This document shows, piece by piece, positions 1-9,353 of a DNA stretch of 64,000 nt. The DNA is taken from positions 4,578 to 68,577 of the forward strand of contig JBJOLT010000032.1 of assembly GCA_046045415.1 (NCBI GenBank), written 5' to 3'. Positions within the stretch are counted from its first letter, which is position 1, and each line of letters starts with the position of its first letter. Position numbers and translations under genes: made by a program. Below the pieces are notes generated by a model that did not search any database, had not been told where the DNA came from, and worked only from the letters and a program-made list of their open reading frames with translations. The stretch comes from Chloroflexota bacterium (GTDB taxonomy: Bacteria > Chloroflexota > Limnocylindria > Limnocylindrales > CSP1-4).

Positions 1-1183
1 CGGCCAGCTCGCCCTCCGGTCCGCCCAGGAGGACCTCGCCGCCGTCTCCGCGAGCGGGATCGATCTCGTCCGCGACGACCCGGCCGAGGCGGAGCGCCTC
101 CTCATCGACGCCTACGAGCGGCTCGCCGAGGCGGAGGCGGCCGGGATCCCGGTCGCGACGACGGAGCCGCTCCGGGCGAGCGCGATCGCCTCGCTCGACC
201 GGCTCTACCGGATGATCGACGTCGTCCCCACCGTCGCCTTCTCGTTCGCGAACCTCGAGGGGGTGGACCTCGCCGCGCTCGTCCGCGGCCCGGACGGCGT
301 CCCCTACGTCATCGACGCCGGGACGGAGGCGGTCTACCGGATCGACCTGACGGCCCGCGAGGCGATCCCGGTGATCCGCGCCGGGACGGCGGCGGGCGGG
401 ACGACGGTCGCGTCGCCGCGGCTCCTCGCGGTCGGCGGCCCCGATCTCCTCCTCCTCGACGCGAGGAACGTCCTCTGGCGGTGGCGGCCCGCCGACAAGA
501 AGGGGAAGGGGACGCTGATCCGCGTCCGCGTCACCGGGTCGGCCCAGTGGGGGCCCGACGTCCCGGCGATCGGCACCTTCCTCCGGAATGCGGAGGCCGG
601 CCTCTACAACCTCTACGTCGTCGACCCGTCGGAGCGACAGATCGAGCGCTACTCGCCGGCCGCCGACGGCTCCGGCTACCCGGCGGCGCCGAGCGGGTAC
701 CTCCAGACGCCGCAGGACCTCGGCGGCGTCGTGCAGCTCTTCATCGACGGGGATCTCTTCCTCGTCGACGGGGGACGGATCCTCCGCTTCGTCTCCGGGA
801 CGTCGCGCGACTGGGATCCCGTCGCCCCGCCCGACACCATCCTCCGTCCGGCCCCGTACTACGCGGCGATGGCCGCCTCGCAGGGGGTCCGCTCCGGCAG
901 GCTCTACGCCTGGGACCGGCTGAACGCCCGGATCGTCGCGCTCGAGAAGGGGAGCGCGCGGTACGTCGAGCAGTACCGTCTCGCCGGCGGCTCGCCCGAC
1001 TGGCGCGACGTCCGCGGGATGGTCGTCGACGCCCCGGCCGACGGGCCGGCGAGGCTCTGGTGGATCGACGGGAGCCGGCTCATGTCCGCCCTCCTCGCCC
1101 CTGCCGCCGGGGCCGCGAGCTCGGGCGACGGGACCGGCGGTACGCCGGCGGCGACGGAGGGGACGTCCGCCACGTCGCCCTAG
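1..1183 (+). CDS. hypothetical protein, 5'-truncated by window edge (listed ATG at 212 is internal; frame is open from nt 2)
   Basis: Reading frame 2 is open from the first base to TAG 1181-1183 with strong GC3 bias; recurring strand-like motifs VYRIDL / LYNLYVVD / LYAWD / LWWID suggest a repeat (beta-propeller-like) fold; no family recognised. Confidence 0.5.
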   Translation, partial: GQLALRSAQEDLAAVSASGIDLVRDDPAEAERLLIDAYERLAEAEAAGIPVATTEPLRASAIASLDRLYRMIDVVPTVAFSFANLEGVDLAALVRGPDGVPYVIDAGTEAVYRIDLTAREAIPVIRAGTAAGGTTVASPRLLAVGGPDLLLLDARNVLWRWRPADKKGKGTLIRVRVTGSAQWGPDVPAIGTFLRNAEAGLYNLYVVDPSERQIERYSPAADGSGYPAAPSGYLQTPQDLGGVVQLFIDGDLFLVDGGRILRFVSGTSRDWDPVAPPDTILRPAPYYAAMAASQGVRSGRLYAWDRLNARIVALEKGSARYVEQYRLAGGSPDWRDVRGMVVDAPADGPARLWWIDGSRLMSALLAPAAGAASSGDGTGGTPAATEGTSATSP

Positions 1184-1192
1184 GCGGCAGCG

Positions 1193-1864
1193 GTGGATAA
1201 TCGGGCCGTGGGCGACGAGCGCGAGGTCGGACTGGTCGAGATGGTGGTCGAGAGCGTCCGCGTCCAGACGAGCTCGAGCCAGCACGTCGTGATCCTCAAG
1301 CAGGTGGGCCGGGAGCGCTACCTCCCGATCTGGATCGGGCCGTGGGAGGCGCAGGCGATCGCCATGCGGCTCCAGGGGATGAGCCCGGAGCGGCCGCTCA
1401 CCCACGACACCTTCTCGACGACGCTCGATGCGCTCGGGGTCGAGATCCGCCGGGTCGTCATCGCCGATCTCGCCGACGAGACCTTCCACGCCCGGATCCA
1501 CCTGACGAGCGGCGATCGCGAGATCGAGATCGACTCCCGGCCCTCCGATGCGCTCGCGCTCGCGGTCCGCGGCGGCGTGCGGATCTTCGCCGCACCGAGG
1601 GTCCTCGCGCGCGCCGGGGTCGTCCCCGAGGCCGACGACGACGACGGGTCGCCCGCGCGGGAGCGGGCCGCCGGCCGGGCGAAGGCGACGCTCTCCGGCG
1701 AGGCGCTCGAGCGGACCGGCGAGCGGGTACCCGACGAGGAGCTCGACCTCTTCCGCGACTTCGTGAACTCGCTCGAGGTGGAGGGGGAGCGTCGCGAGGG
1801 GCCCACCGAACCCGGCGGGAAGGACGCCGCCGGCGGCGGCGGGACGGGCCCCGAGCCCGCCTAG
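1193..1864 (+). CDS. bifunctional nuclease (BFN/DUF151-like) family protein
   Basis: N-terminal core 'QHVVILKQVGRERYLPIWIGPWEAQAIAMRL...DTFSTTLDALGVEIRRVVI...FHARIHLTSGDREIEIDSRPSDALALAV' matches the conserved BFN-domain pattern as I remember it; acidic low-complexity tail. Confidence 0.65.
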   Translation: MDNRAVGDEREVGLVEMVVESVRVQTSSSQHVVILKQVGRERYLPIWIGPWEAQAIAMRLQGMSPERPLTHDTFSTTLDALGVEIRRVVIADLADETFHARIHLTSGDREIEIDSRPSDALALAVRGGVRIFAAPRVLARAGVVPEADDDDGSPARERAAGRAKATLSGEALERTGERVPDEELDLFRDFVNSLEVEGERREGPTEPGGKDAAGGGGTGPEPA

Positions 1865-2706
1865 GCCCCCCGCCCGGAGCCGGGCGCCTCGGTCACCATC
1901 GGCCGGCCGCGGCCGAGCGTCGCGGCCCGGTCGCGCCAGAGCCCGATCCGCAGCCGCCAGAAGTCGCGGACGGCGCGGCGGATCACCGACAGCTTCGCGC
2001 CCGTCGGCGAGCCCGCGGTGCGCGGATGGTGCGGGACGCCGACCTCGACGATCCGGCAGCCGCGCGCGCGGAGCTTGATGAGGAGCTCGGCCGAGAAGAA
2101 GGCCCCGTCCGACTCGACCCGGACCCCCGTGAGCGCATCCCGGCGGAAGACCTTGCACGCGCAGTCGACGTCCGTCGTCCGGAGGCCGAACCAGACGCGG
2201 TTCGCGAGCTTGTAGAGCCGCGCGTAGAGGAGCCGGAGCGGCGGGTCCGCCCGACGGATCCGGTACCCGACGACGACATCCGGCGCGTCCCCGGCGGCGA
2301 GCCGCTCGAGGAGGCGACCGAGGTCCGCGACGCGGAACTGGCGGTCCCCGTCCGTGAAGGCGATCAGCTCGTGGCGCGCCGAGAGGAAGCCGGTCCGGAC
2401 GGCGCCGCCGTAGCCGAGGTTCGTCCCCGTATGGATCGCGCGGACCTCGGGATGGGCGGCGGCGAGCCGGTCGGCGATCGCCGGGGTCGCGTCGCGGGAG
2501 CCGTCGTCGACGATGACGATCTCGAACTCGTCCGCGAGCGGCGGGAGCGCGACGAGCGCCTCGGCGACGAGCGCCTCGAGGTTCGCCTCCTCGTCGTGCG
2601 CGGGGAAGAAGTAGCTGAGCCTGGGGACGCGGGCCGCCGGCGCCGGCACGGCCTCGCTCGGTCGGGGAGATGTCACGCGGCGGACCCTAGCACGCGCGAC
2701 GCCCAC
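1861..2706 (-). CDS. GT2 glycosyltransferase, polyprenol-phosphate mannose synthase-like (Ppm1/DPM1 type); start uncertain (M1, or GTG near 2628)
   Basis: Classical GT-A/GT2 motifs 'FEIVIVDDGSRD', 'NLGYGGAVRTG', 'FTDGD' (DxD), 'VGYRIRR'; no membrane domain, i.e. catalytic-only Ppm type. Confidence 0.75.
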   Translation of the reverse strand: MGVARARVRRVTSPRPSEAVPAPAARVPRLSYFFPAHDEEANLEALVAEALVALPPLADEFEIVIVDDGSRDATPAIADRLAAAHPEVRAIHTGTNLGYGGAVRTGFLSARHELIAFTDGDRQFRVADLGRLLERLAAGDAPDVVVGYRIRRADPPLRLLYARLYKLANRVWFGLRTTDVDCACKVFRRDALTGVRVESDGAFFSAELLIKLRARGCRIVEVGVPHHPRTAGSPTGAKLSVIRRAVRDFWRLRIGLWRDRAATLGRGRPMVTEAPGSGRGA

Positions 2707-2727
2707 GGGTGGGCCGCCGGATCCCGG

Positions 2728-4104
2728 TCACCAGCCGAGGACCATCCCCCAGGCCACCCCCCACGCCTGGATCGCGATCGAGAGCCCGACGAGGAGCGCG
2801 GCGACGACGAGGCCGCGGCGACCCCACCTCGTCCGGAGCCGCTCGATCCCGAGCGCGACGAGGACGAGGGCGAACGGCGCGAAGTCGTTGCTGAAGCGGT
2901 ACCCGAACTGGACCCACCCCTGACTGAAGTGCGCGAGGTTGACGATCGCGATCGCGACGACGGCCGCGACGGCGCCGAGGACGAGCCGTGGGCTCCCGCC
3001 GATCCTGATCGCCGGGAGGGCGAGGAGCCACGCCGGGCTCGTGAGGATCAGGCTCATCCCGATCGGGTCCGGGACGATCCACGGGCACTCGGGGGAGAAG
3101 AACGCGCGCTCGAGGCCGGGCGCGCAGTCGGGGAGGATCCGGGGGAGCGAGCCGAACATCACCCCGAGGTTCTGCGGGATGTAGCGGAGGTCCTCGATCG
3201 CCCAGTCGGGCCGGTAGCCGAGCTCCGGGTACCCGAACGCCTCGCGCAGGTACTGGTAGTCGTAGGCCGGGTGGAAGAGCTCGCCGGTCGAGACGAGGTT
3301 GTAGGCGAAGAGCCCGCCGATCGGGATCGCCGCGCCGATCCCCGCCGAGAGCGACCGTCCGATGAACGAGCCGCCCCCGCCGACGAGCGCGAGGAACGGA
3401 GCGCCGAGGATCACCGGGAGACGGGCCGTCGCCGCGATCCCGAGGAGGAGCCCGGCGACGAACTGCCCGCGGTGGAGCGGCCCCCGGCCGGGCGGGCCGG
3501 CCTCCGCTGCGAGCGCCCGTTCGATGGCGAGGAGGACGAGTGCCACGGCGATCGTATGGGCGAGGAACCAGGTCGTCCCGATCGCCGACGTGTACCAGAG
3601 GACGGTCCCGAGGCCGAGGAAGACGGTCGCGAGGAGCCGCGACCGGCGGTCGATCGGCAGCCACCCGAGCATCCGGAGCGCGACGCCGACCGCGAGCGCC
3701 CCGGCGATCGTCGCGGCCCATTGGCCGTTCACCGCCTCGCCGAGGAGCGCGACGAACGGGAGGAGCACGAGCGCCGGGAGCGGCGGGAAGGGGATGAGCG
3801 CCTCGCCGGTGGGCCGGCCCGCCGCGTCGTAGAGCGGCATCGCGTCCTGGTAGTAGCCGTTCCCCGGGGCGTCGGGCGAGGACGGGTCGGGAAGGGTGAT
3901 CGCCGCCTTCCCCTCGAGGAACGCGGCCGCCTGGCGGACGAAGTGGTCGTACGGGCTGATCCGCGCCGGGTTGCTGATCGCGTAGACCGCGAGGATCGCG
4001 AGCACGATCGCGAGCCCGGCGGCGACCGGCAGGCGCCGCTCGAGGGCGCCCGGCCCGGGGTCGCCTGCGTCGTCGGTCGGCTCGGGTCGCGCCGCTATAC
4101 TCAT
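2728..4104 (-). CDS. polytopic membrane protein, GT-C-fold (ArnT/PMT_2-like) glycosyltransferase candidate
   Basis: 458 aa with >10 hydrophobic helices, periplasmic loops rich in aromatic/Pro residues (GNGYYQDAMPLYD..., FHPAYDYQYLREAFGYPELGYRPDW); sits between a PPM-synthase-like GT2 and a GT-C fusion; family assignment is by resemblance only. Confidence 0.5.
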   Translation of the reverse strand: MSIAARPEPTDDAGDPGPGALERRLPVAAGLAIVLAILAVYAISNPARISPYDHFVRQAAAFLEGKAAITLPDPSSPDAPGNGYYQDAMPLYDAAGRPTGEALIPFPPLPALVLLPFVALLGEAVNGQWAATIAGALAVGVALRMLGWLPIDRRSRLLATVFLGLGTVLWYTSAIGTTWFLAHTIAVALVLLAIERALAAEAGPPGRGPLHRGQFVAGLLLGIAATARLPVILGAPFLALVGGGGSFIGRSLSAGIGAAIPIGGLFAYNLVSTGELFHPAYDYQYLREAFGYPELGYRPDWAIEDLRYIPQNLGVMFGSLPRILPDCAPGLERAFFSPECPWIVPDPIGMSLILTSPAWLLALPAIRIGGSPRLVLGAVAAVVAIAIVNLAHFSQGWVQFGYRFSNDFAPFALVLVALGIERLRTRWGRRGLVVAALLVGLSIAIQAWGVAWGMVLGW

Positions 4105-4139
4105 CGTCTCCTCAGCGCTCGTTCAGGAGGCCGGTACGC

Positions 4140-7100
4140 GTGTCAGGCCCGGCTGGGGGTGGCGTCGCACCGGGCGAAGCGGCCCCGGACCGGTCGGCCC
4201 CCCGGGACGATCTCGTCGGGATCCTGCCGCTCCTCGCCCTCGGGCTCGCCCTCCGGCTCATCATCCTAGCGGTCGCGCCCGGCTCGGGCTTCGCCGTCGA
4301 CCTCGACGCGTTCCGCTTCTGGGCGGCCGACCTCGCGCGGAACGGACCGTTCGGCTTCTACGAGCGGGGCTTCTTCGCCGACTACACGCCCGGCTACCTC
4401 TATCTCCTCTGGCTCGTCGGCGTCATCGGCGGCCTCCTCCGCGGGCCGGAGGTCGCGGCGCTCGGCGACCTCATCAAGCTCCCGGCGATCCTCGCCGACG
4501 TCGCCGTCGCGTGGCTGATCCGGTCGCTCGCGATCGAGCTCGGCGCGACGAACCGGCGCGCGCTCGCCGCCGCCGCGCTCTTCCTCCTCTTCCCCGTCTC
4601 GTGGTTCGACAGCGCCCTCTGGGGCCAGGTCGACTCGGTCGGCGTCGTCTTCCTGCTGCTCGGGGTCCGGTCGATCTGGCGCGGGAACGCGCCGGCCGCC
4701 GCCGTCTGGGCGACGCTCGCGGCGGTCGTGAAGCCGCAGCTCGGGATCCTCGTCCCGATCCTTGCCGCGTGGGTGATCGGCCGCCTCCTCGCCGAGCGCC
4801 GGACGGCCGCGCTCGCGGTCGCGACCGCGAGGGACGGCTCCGCCCCGGCGCCCGTCGTCTCGAACCCGATCCGGGCGATCGGCTTCCCGATCCTCGCCGC
4901 CGCCGCGACCGCGACCGCCGCGAGCGCCCCGTTCGGTCTCACGCTCCTCGGGCTCTTCGGCCAGGTCGCATCCGCCGCCGCCGGCTACCCGTATGCATCG
5001 GTGAACGCGTACAACCCGTGGGCGCTCGCGACCGTCGACGGCCGGGGTGTCGTCGCCGACGGCACGTGGGTCCGCGATGCCCCCGGCCTCGCGCTCGAGC
5101 CGTACCTCGCGTTCGGCCCCGTCCCGGCCGTGGTCGTCGGCACGGTCCTCCTCCTCATCGCGATCGTGGCGATCGGCGCCGTCGTCGTCCGCCGACCCAC
5201 CCGCGGCACGGTGATCGCCGCGCTCGCCGTCCTCGCGATCGCCTTCTTCGTCGTCCCGACCCGGGTCCACGAGCGCTATCTCTTCCCGTTCATCCCGCTC
5301 GCCCTCATCCTCGCGGCGCGCTCCGACCGCTGGCGCCTCCCGTGGCTCGCCGGCGCGACGACGACGACCCTCGGGATGTACGTCGTCCTCACGACCCTCT
5401 ACCCGGGGAACCCCGGGATCTCGGACTGGCTCGGGATCGGGCCGGCGATCCGGTCGGCGGCGGGCGTGACGACCCTCGCCCTCATCCACGTCGCGCTGCT
5501 CGCCCGAGGGGTGACGCTCCTCCGCCACCGCGCGATCGACGAGCTGGAGGCCACCCCGCCGGAACCGGCGGCCGCCGCCGCGACCGTGGCCGTGGCGGTG
5601 GCCGCGGCCGACGTGACGCCGGCGCCCGTCCGCGCCGCCCCCGCGCCGCCACCGGCCGTCCCGGAGCCGGTCGGAGCCGCCGCGCCGTCCTGGCTCGAGC
5701 GGCCCGACCCGGCGGATCCCGGCCTCCTCGCCGAGGTCCGCCGCCGCCTCCTCGCGAGGCCGCTCCGCGCCGACCGGAGCGCGGCGCTCGTCGGGGAGCC
5801 GGGCGGGCGACTCGACCGCCTCGACCTGTGGATCGTCGTCGTCCTCGTCGTCCTCCTGCTCGCCGGGCGCGCCCACCGGCTCGAGCAGCCGTACCAGATG
5901 CACTTCGACGAGGTCTACCACGCCCGTACCGCGACCGAGTTCCTCCAGCACTGGCGCTACGGCGAGCCCCACCCCATCTACGAGTTCACGCACCCGCACC
6001 TCGCGAAGTACGCGATGGCCGCCGGGCTCGTCATGTTCGGGGGCGACCGGGTGGTCGCGACGAGCTCGCTCGGGGCGCCGGTGGCCGCGGCCGCGATCGA
6101 GGGCCGCTGGGAGGACCCGCGGCTCCCCGCCGCCCGCGCCGGCGACCGGCTCTACCTCGCGACGGGGAGCGACGTCCGCGTCATCGATCTCGCCCGCCGC
6201 TCGGAGGTCGTCCGGCTCCCGATCCCGGGAGCCCGCTCGCTCGCCGTCTCGTCGCTCCGGCACGAGCTCTACGTCGGGACGGACTCGGGGACGATCCTCG
6301 CGCTCGCGACCGCCGCCCTCGACGACGTCCGCCTCGGGGTCCCGCCGCCGGGGGCCGCGGCGATCCGGACCGTCGCCGAGATCGGCGCCCCGGTCGCGCG
6401 GCTCCATGCCGCCGGCGACGGCGCGACGATCCTCGCGGTCGCCGGCGACGAGGTCGTGGCGCTCGCGAGCGACGGCGGGGCGCCACGCGGGCGGCTCGCC
6501 CTCCCGGGGGCGACCGGGTTCGCCGATGCCGGGACGGCCGAGCTCCTCGTCGCTCGCCCGGCCGAGGTCCCCGACCCGGTCGCCGCCGCCCGGGTCCTCA
6601 CCACGCTCCTCGGCGGCTCGGACGGCAGCTACGTCGACCGTCTCGGCACCGGCGCGGGGAGCGTCACGATCGCCCCCGCCCCTCGCGGCGACCTCCGCGG
6701 CGAGCTCGACGCCGCCCTCGGGGACGGCCGTCTCGCCGGGTTCGAGCTCATCACCGTCGGGCGCGTGGCGGTCGGCGCGACGGACGGGATCGCGCTCGTC
6801 GCGACCGCCGACCCGGTGCTGCTGGAGCGGATCGGGACGACGGAGCCGGTGACGGGCCTCGCCGCGACGACGAACCTCGACGCCACCTACCTCTACGCGG
6901 CGACCGGCGAGTCGCTCACCGTCGCCGTCCTCCCGTCGTCGAGCGACACCGAGGGGCTCGCGCGGGTCTCGACGACGGTGCGGATGCCGGGTGCGGTCCG
7001 GGACGTCGCCTGGAACCCGGCGACGCAGATGATCCACGCCCTCGGCCGCGCCCCCGCCGGGTCCGACGGCGAGACCGTCTACGTCGTGGAACCGCACGGG

Positions 7101-9353
7101 AACGCCGTCTTCGCCGACGCGCGGCTCCCCTTCGCCCCGGCGGCGCTCGTCGTCGACGCCGCTCCCCGCTTCCCGAACGACGACCGCCAGGAGCTCCTCG
7201 CCTTCGCCGCGGACGGGAGCGGCGCGTCGGTCGCGGTCGGCGCCCATGCGTTCGCGTGGCGGCTCCCCGGCGTCCTCGCCGGGCTCCTCGGCTCGCTGGC
7301 CCTCTACCTCCTCGCGAGGATCCTCTTCCGGAGGCGTTCCGTCGCCGTGTTCGCCGCCGTCCTCGCCGGCCTCGACGGGATGCTCTTCGTCCAGTCGCGG
7401 ATCGGGATGAACGACGCGTACGTCGGGGCGCTGATCCTCGCCGCGATCGCGGCGTTCGCCGGTCTCTGGACGGGACGCTGGCGATCGCCCGCCGCGTTCT
7501 GGGTCGTCATGCCGGTCGTCGGGATCCTCCTCGGCCTGGCGCTCGCCGCGAAGTGGGTCGCCCTCTACGCGATCGCGGGGCTCGGCATCCTCGTCCTCGC
7601 CCGGTCGGCGCTCGGACGCGTGATCCTCGTCGGCGGGCTCCTCGCCGCCACCGCGGTCCTCGGCCTCGCGGCGATCTCCGTGCCCGCCGGCGGCACGAGC
7701 GGCGGCAACCTCTCGTTCGTCCTCGCGATGATCGCCGTGTCGCTCGTCGCCGTCGCGATCTCCGTCCTCCGGCCGGTCGCCTGGACCCTCGAGGAGCTCC
7801 GGTTCGCCGTCGCCGCCCCGCTCGCGACCGGTGTCGCGATCCTCCTCATCGGGATCCCGCTCGGGGTCGTCGGGCCCGGGCCCTGCGCCGATCCGGCGGC
7901 ACCGTGTCCCCAGCAACTCCTCCTCGAAGGGGCGTTCGGCCTCGTCGTCCTCTCCGGGCTCGCGCTCGGGGCGGCGCGCCTCGCCGCCGGCGTCGGATGG
8001 GGTCCGCTCGCCGACCCGGGCCGCGCGGCGCTCCGCGCCCTCCCTCCGGCCTCGCCGGCCCCGGAGGGCTGGCTCAGGCTCGGGTCCGGCCGCGGCCTCC
8101 CGGCCGTCTGGCTCGTCGTCTCGCTCCTCGCGATCCCCGTCGCGGTCTACGTCGCCTCGTACCTCCCGTGGGTCGCGCTCGGGAACCGGCTCGTCGAGTC
8201 GTGGCCGCCGGGGAACGCCGGTCAGACGCTCGCCGACCTGACCGCCTCGATGTACCGGTATCACGACGACCTCAGGGCGGCGCACGCCGCCTCGTCCCCC
8301 TGGTGGGCGTGGCCCTTCGACCTGAAGCCGGTCTGGTTCTATCAGGGGGGCTTCGAGAGCGCCACGGCCGGGGCGATCTACGACGCCGGCAACCTCGTCG
8401 TCTGGTGGCTCGCGATCCCCGCCCTCGGGTTCGCCGCCTGGGCCGCCTATCGGCGCCGGAGCCACGCCCTCGCGCTCGTCGTCGTCGCGTTCCTCGCGCT
8501 CTGGCTCCCGTGGGCGCGGATCGACCGGGCGACGTTCCAGTACCACTACTACACGGCGCTCCCCTTCGCGATCCTCGCGCTCGCGTACCTCGCCGCGGAG
8601 CTCTGGCACGGCCCACCCCGCGGCGTCTGGCTCCTCGCGCGGGTCTCGGCGGGGCTCGCGATCGTCGGCCCGCTCCTCCTCTGGCTCCTCCGCCTGCCGC
8701 TCTGCGCGCTCATCCGGGTCGAGGGCGCCAACCCCGGCTCGGAGGCGTGCGCCCTCCTTCCGCCGGGCGAGATCCTCGTCACCGCGCGGACCGCCGGCCT
8801 CCTCCTCGTCGCCCTCGTCGGGGGGCTCATGCTCGTCCGCGGGATCCTCTCCCTCGGGCGGCCCGGCGGACGCAGCACGGCCGTCGTCATCGGCGCGGTC
8901 GTCACGTCCGCGGGTCTCGTCGCCGCCGGCCGGCTCCTCGACGAGACCCCGCTCCTCCGGATCACCGCCTTCCCGCCCGAGGCGATCGCGCTCGTCGCCA
9001 TCGTCCCGGTCGGCTCCCTCGCCTGGCACGTCGCGACGGCGAGCGACCCGCGCCGCTTCGTCGCCGGGATCCTCGTCGCGGCCGCGGGCTGGTTCGTCCT
9101 CTGGTACCCGAACCTCAGCGGCCTCCCCCTCCCGAGCGCGCTCTTCAACGCGTACCAGGGGCTCCTGCCGACGTACCTCTACCCGTTCCAGTTCCCGGTG
9201 AACCTCGACCCCCCGGGCGAGGGGCCGCCGCTCGCGAGTCTCGAGTTCGCGATCCTCGCGCTCGCGATCGCCGGCACGGCGGTCGCCGTCGCGTGGAGCG
9301 CGTCGTCGTGGCGGCTGCCCGGGCGCGGCGGGGAGGCGGGCCCCCCGGCCTAG
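4140..9353 (+). CDS. 1737-aa polytopic fusion: N-terminal GT-C glycosyltransferase module + PMT-type (GT39-like) protein-O-mannosyltransferase module with a large repeat insertion
   Basis: Single open frame with coding GC3 bias throughout. aa 1-470 multi-TM with 'GPFGFYERGFFADYTPGYLYLLW'. An Ala/Pro linker follows, then a TM helix and the PMT loop-1 signature 'HFDEVYHARTATEFLQHWRYGEPHPIYEFTHPHLAKY' (nt ~5899). aa ~640-1050 hold blade-like repeats (LYLATGSDVRVIDL, LYVGTDSGTILAL, ILAVAGDEVVAL, LYAATGESLTVAVL, VYVVEPHGNAVFAD). The PMT TM core follows ('LFVQSRIGMNDAYV', 'YRYHDDLRAAHAASSPWWAWPFDLKPVWFYQ'). Confidence 0.7.
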   Translation: MSGPAGGGVAPGEAAPDRSAPRDDLVGILPLLALGLALRLIILAVAPGSGFAVDLDAFRFWAADLARNGPFGFYERGFFADYTPGYLYLLWLVGVIGGLLRGPEVAALGDLIKLPAILADVAVAWLIRSLAIELGATNRRALAAAALFLLFPVSWFDSALWGQVDSVGVVFLLLGVRSIWRGNAPAAAVWATLAAVVKPQLGILVPILAAWVIGRLLAERRTAALAVATARDGSAPAPVVSNPIRAIGFPILAAAATATAASAPFGLTLLGLFGQVASAAAGYPYASVNAYNPWALATVDGRGVVADGTWVRDAPGLALEPYLAFGPVPAVVVGTVLLLIAIVAIGAVVVRRPTRGTVIAALAVLAIAFFVVPTRVHERYLFPFIPLALILAARSDRWRLPWLAGATTTTLGMYVVLTTLYPGNPGISDWLGIGPAIRSAAGVTTLALIHVALLARGVTLLRHRAIDELEATPPEPAAAAATVAVAVAAADVTPAPVRAAPAPPPAVPEPVGAAAPSWLERPDPADPGLLAEVRRRLLARPLRADRSAALVGEPGGRLDRLDLWIVVVLVVLLLAGRAHRLEQPYQMHFDEVYHARTATEFLQHWRYGEPHPIYEFTHPHLAKYAMAAGLVMFGGDRVVATSSLGAPVAAAAIEGRWEDPRLPAARAGDRLYLATGSDVRVIDLARRSEVVRLPIPGARSLAVSSLRHELYVGTDSGTILALATAALDDVRLGVPPPGAAAIRTVAEIGAPVARLHAAGDGATILAVAGDEVVALASDGGAPRGRLALPGATGFADAGTAELLVARPAEVPDPVAAARVLTTLLGGSDGSYVDRLGTGAGSVTIAPAPRGDLRGELDAALGDGRLAGFELITVGRVAVGATDGIALVATADPVLLERIGTTEPVTGLAATTNLDATYLYAATGESLTVAVLPSSSDTEGLARVSTTVRMPGAVRDVAWNPATQMIHALGRAPAGSDGETVYVVEPHGNAVFADARLPFAPAALVVDAAPRFPNDDRQELLAFAADGSGASVAVGAHAFAWRLPGVLAGLLGSLALYLLARILFRRRSVAVFAAVLAGLDGMLFVQSRIGMNDAYVGALILAAIAAFAGLWTGRWRSPAAFWVVMPVVGILLGLALAAKWVALYAIAGLGILVLARSALGRVILVGGLLAATAVLGLAAISVPAGGTSGGNLSFVLAMIAVSLVAVAISVLRPVAWTLEELRFAVAAPLATGVAILLIGIPLGVVGPGPCADPAAPCPQQLLLEGAFGLVVLSGLALGAARLAAGVGWGPLADPGRAALRALPPASPAPEGWLRLGSGRGLPAVWLVVSLLAIPVAVYVASYLPWVALGNRLVESWPPGNAGQTLADLTASMYRYHDDLRAAHAASSPWWAWPFDLKPVWFYQGGFESATAGAIYDAGNLVVWWLAIPALGFAAWAAYRRRSHALALVVVAFLALWLPWARIDRATFQYHYYTALPFAILALAYLAAELWHGPPRGVWLLARVSAGLAIVGPLLLWLLRLPLCALIRVEGANPGSEACALLPPGEILVTARTAGLLLVALVGGLMLVRGILSLGRPGGRSTAVVIGAVVTSAGLVAAGRLLDETPLLRITAFPPEAIALVAIVPVGSLAWHVATASDPRRFVAGILVAAAGWFVLWYPNLSGLPLPSALFNAYQGLLPTYLYPFQFPVNLDPPGEGPPLASLEFAILALAIAGTAVAVAWSASSWRLPGRGGEAGPPA

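Noticed and set aside
1342-4269. 975-aa plus-strand ORF spanning the GT2 and GT-C genes
   Set aside because: Arg/Asp/Glu-rich shadow frame opposite two well-supported minus-strand genes; no recognisable domain.
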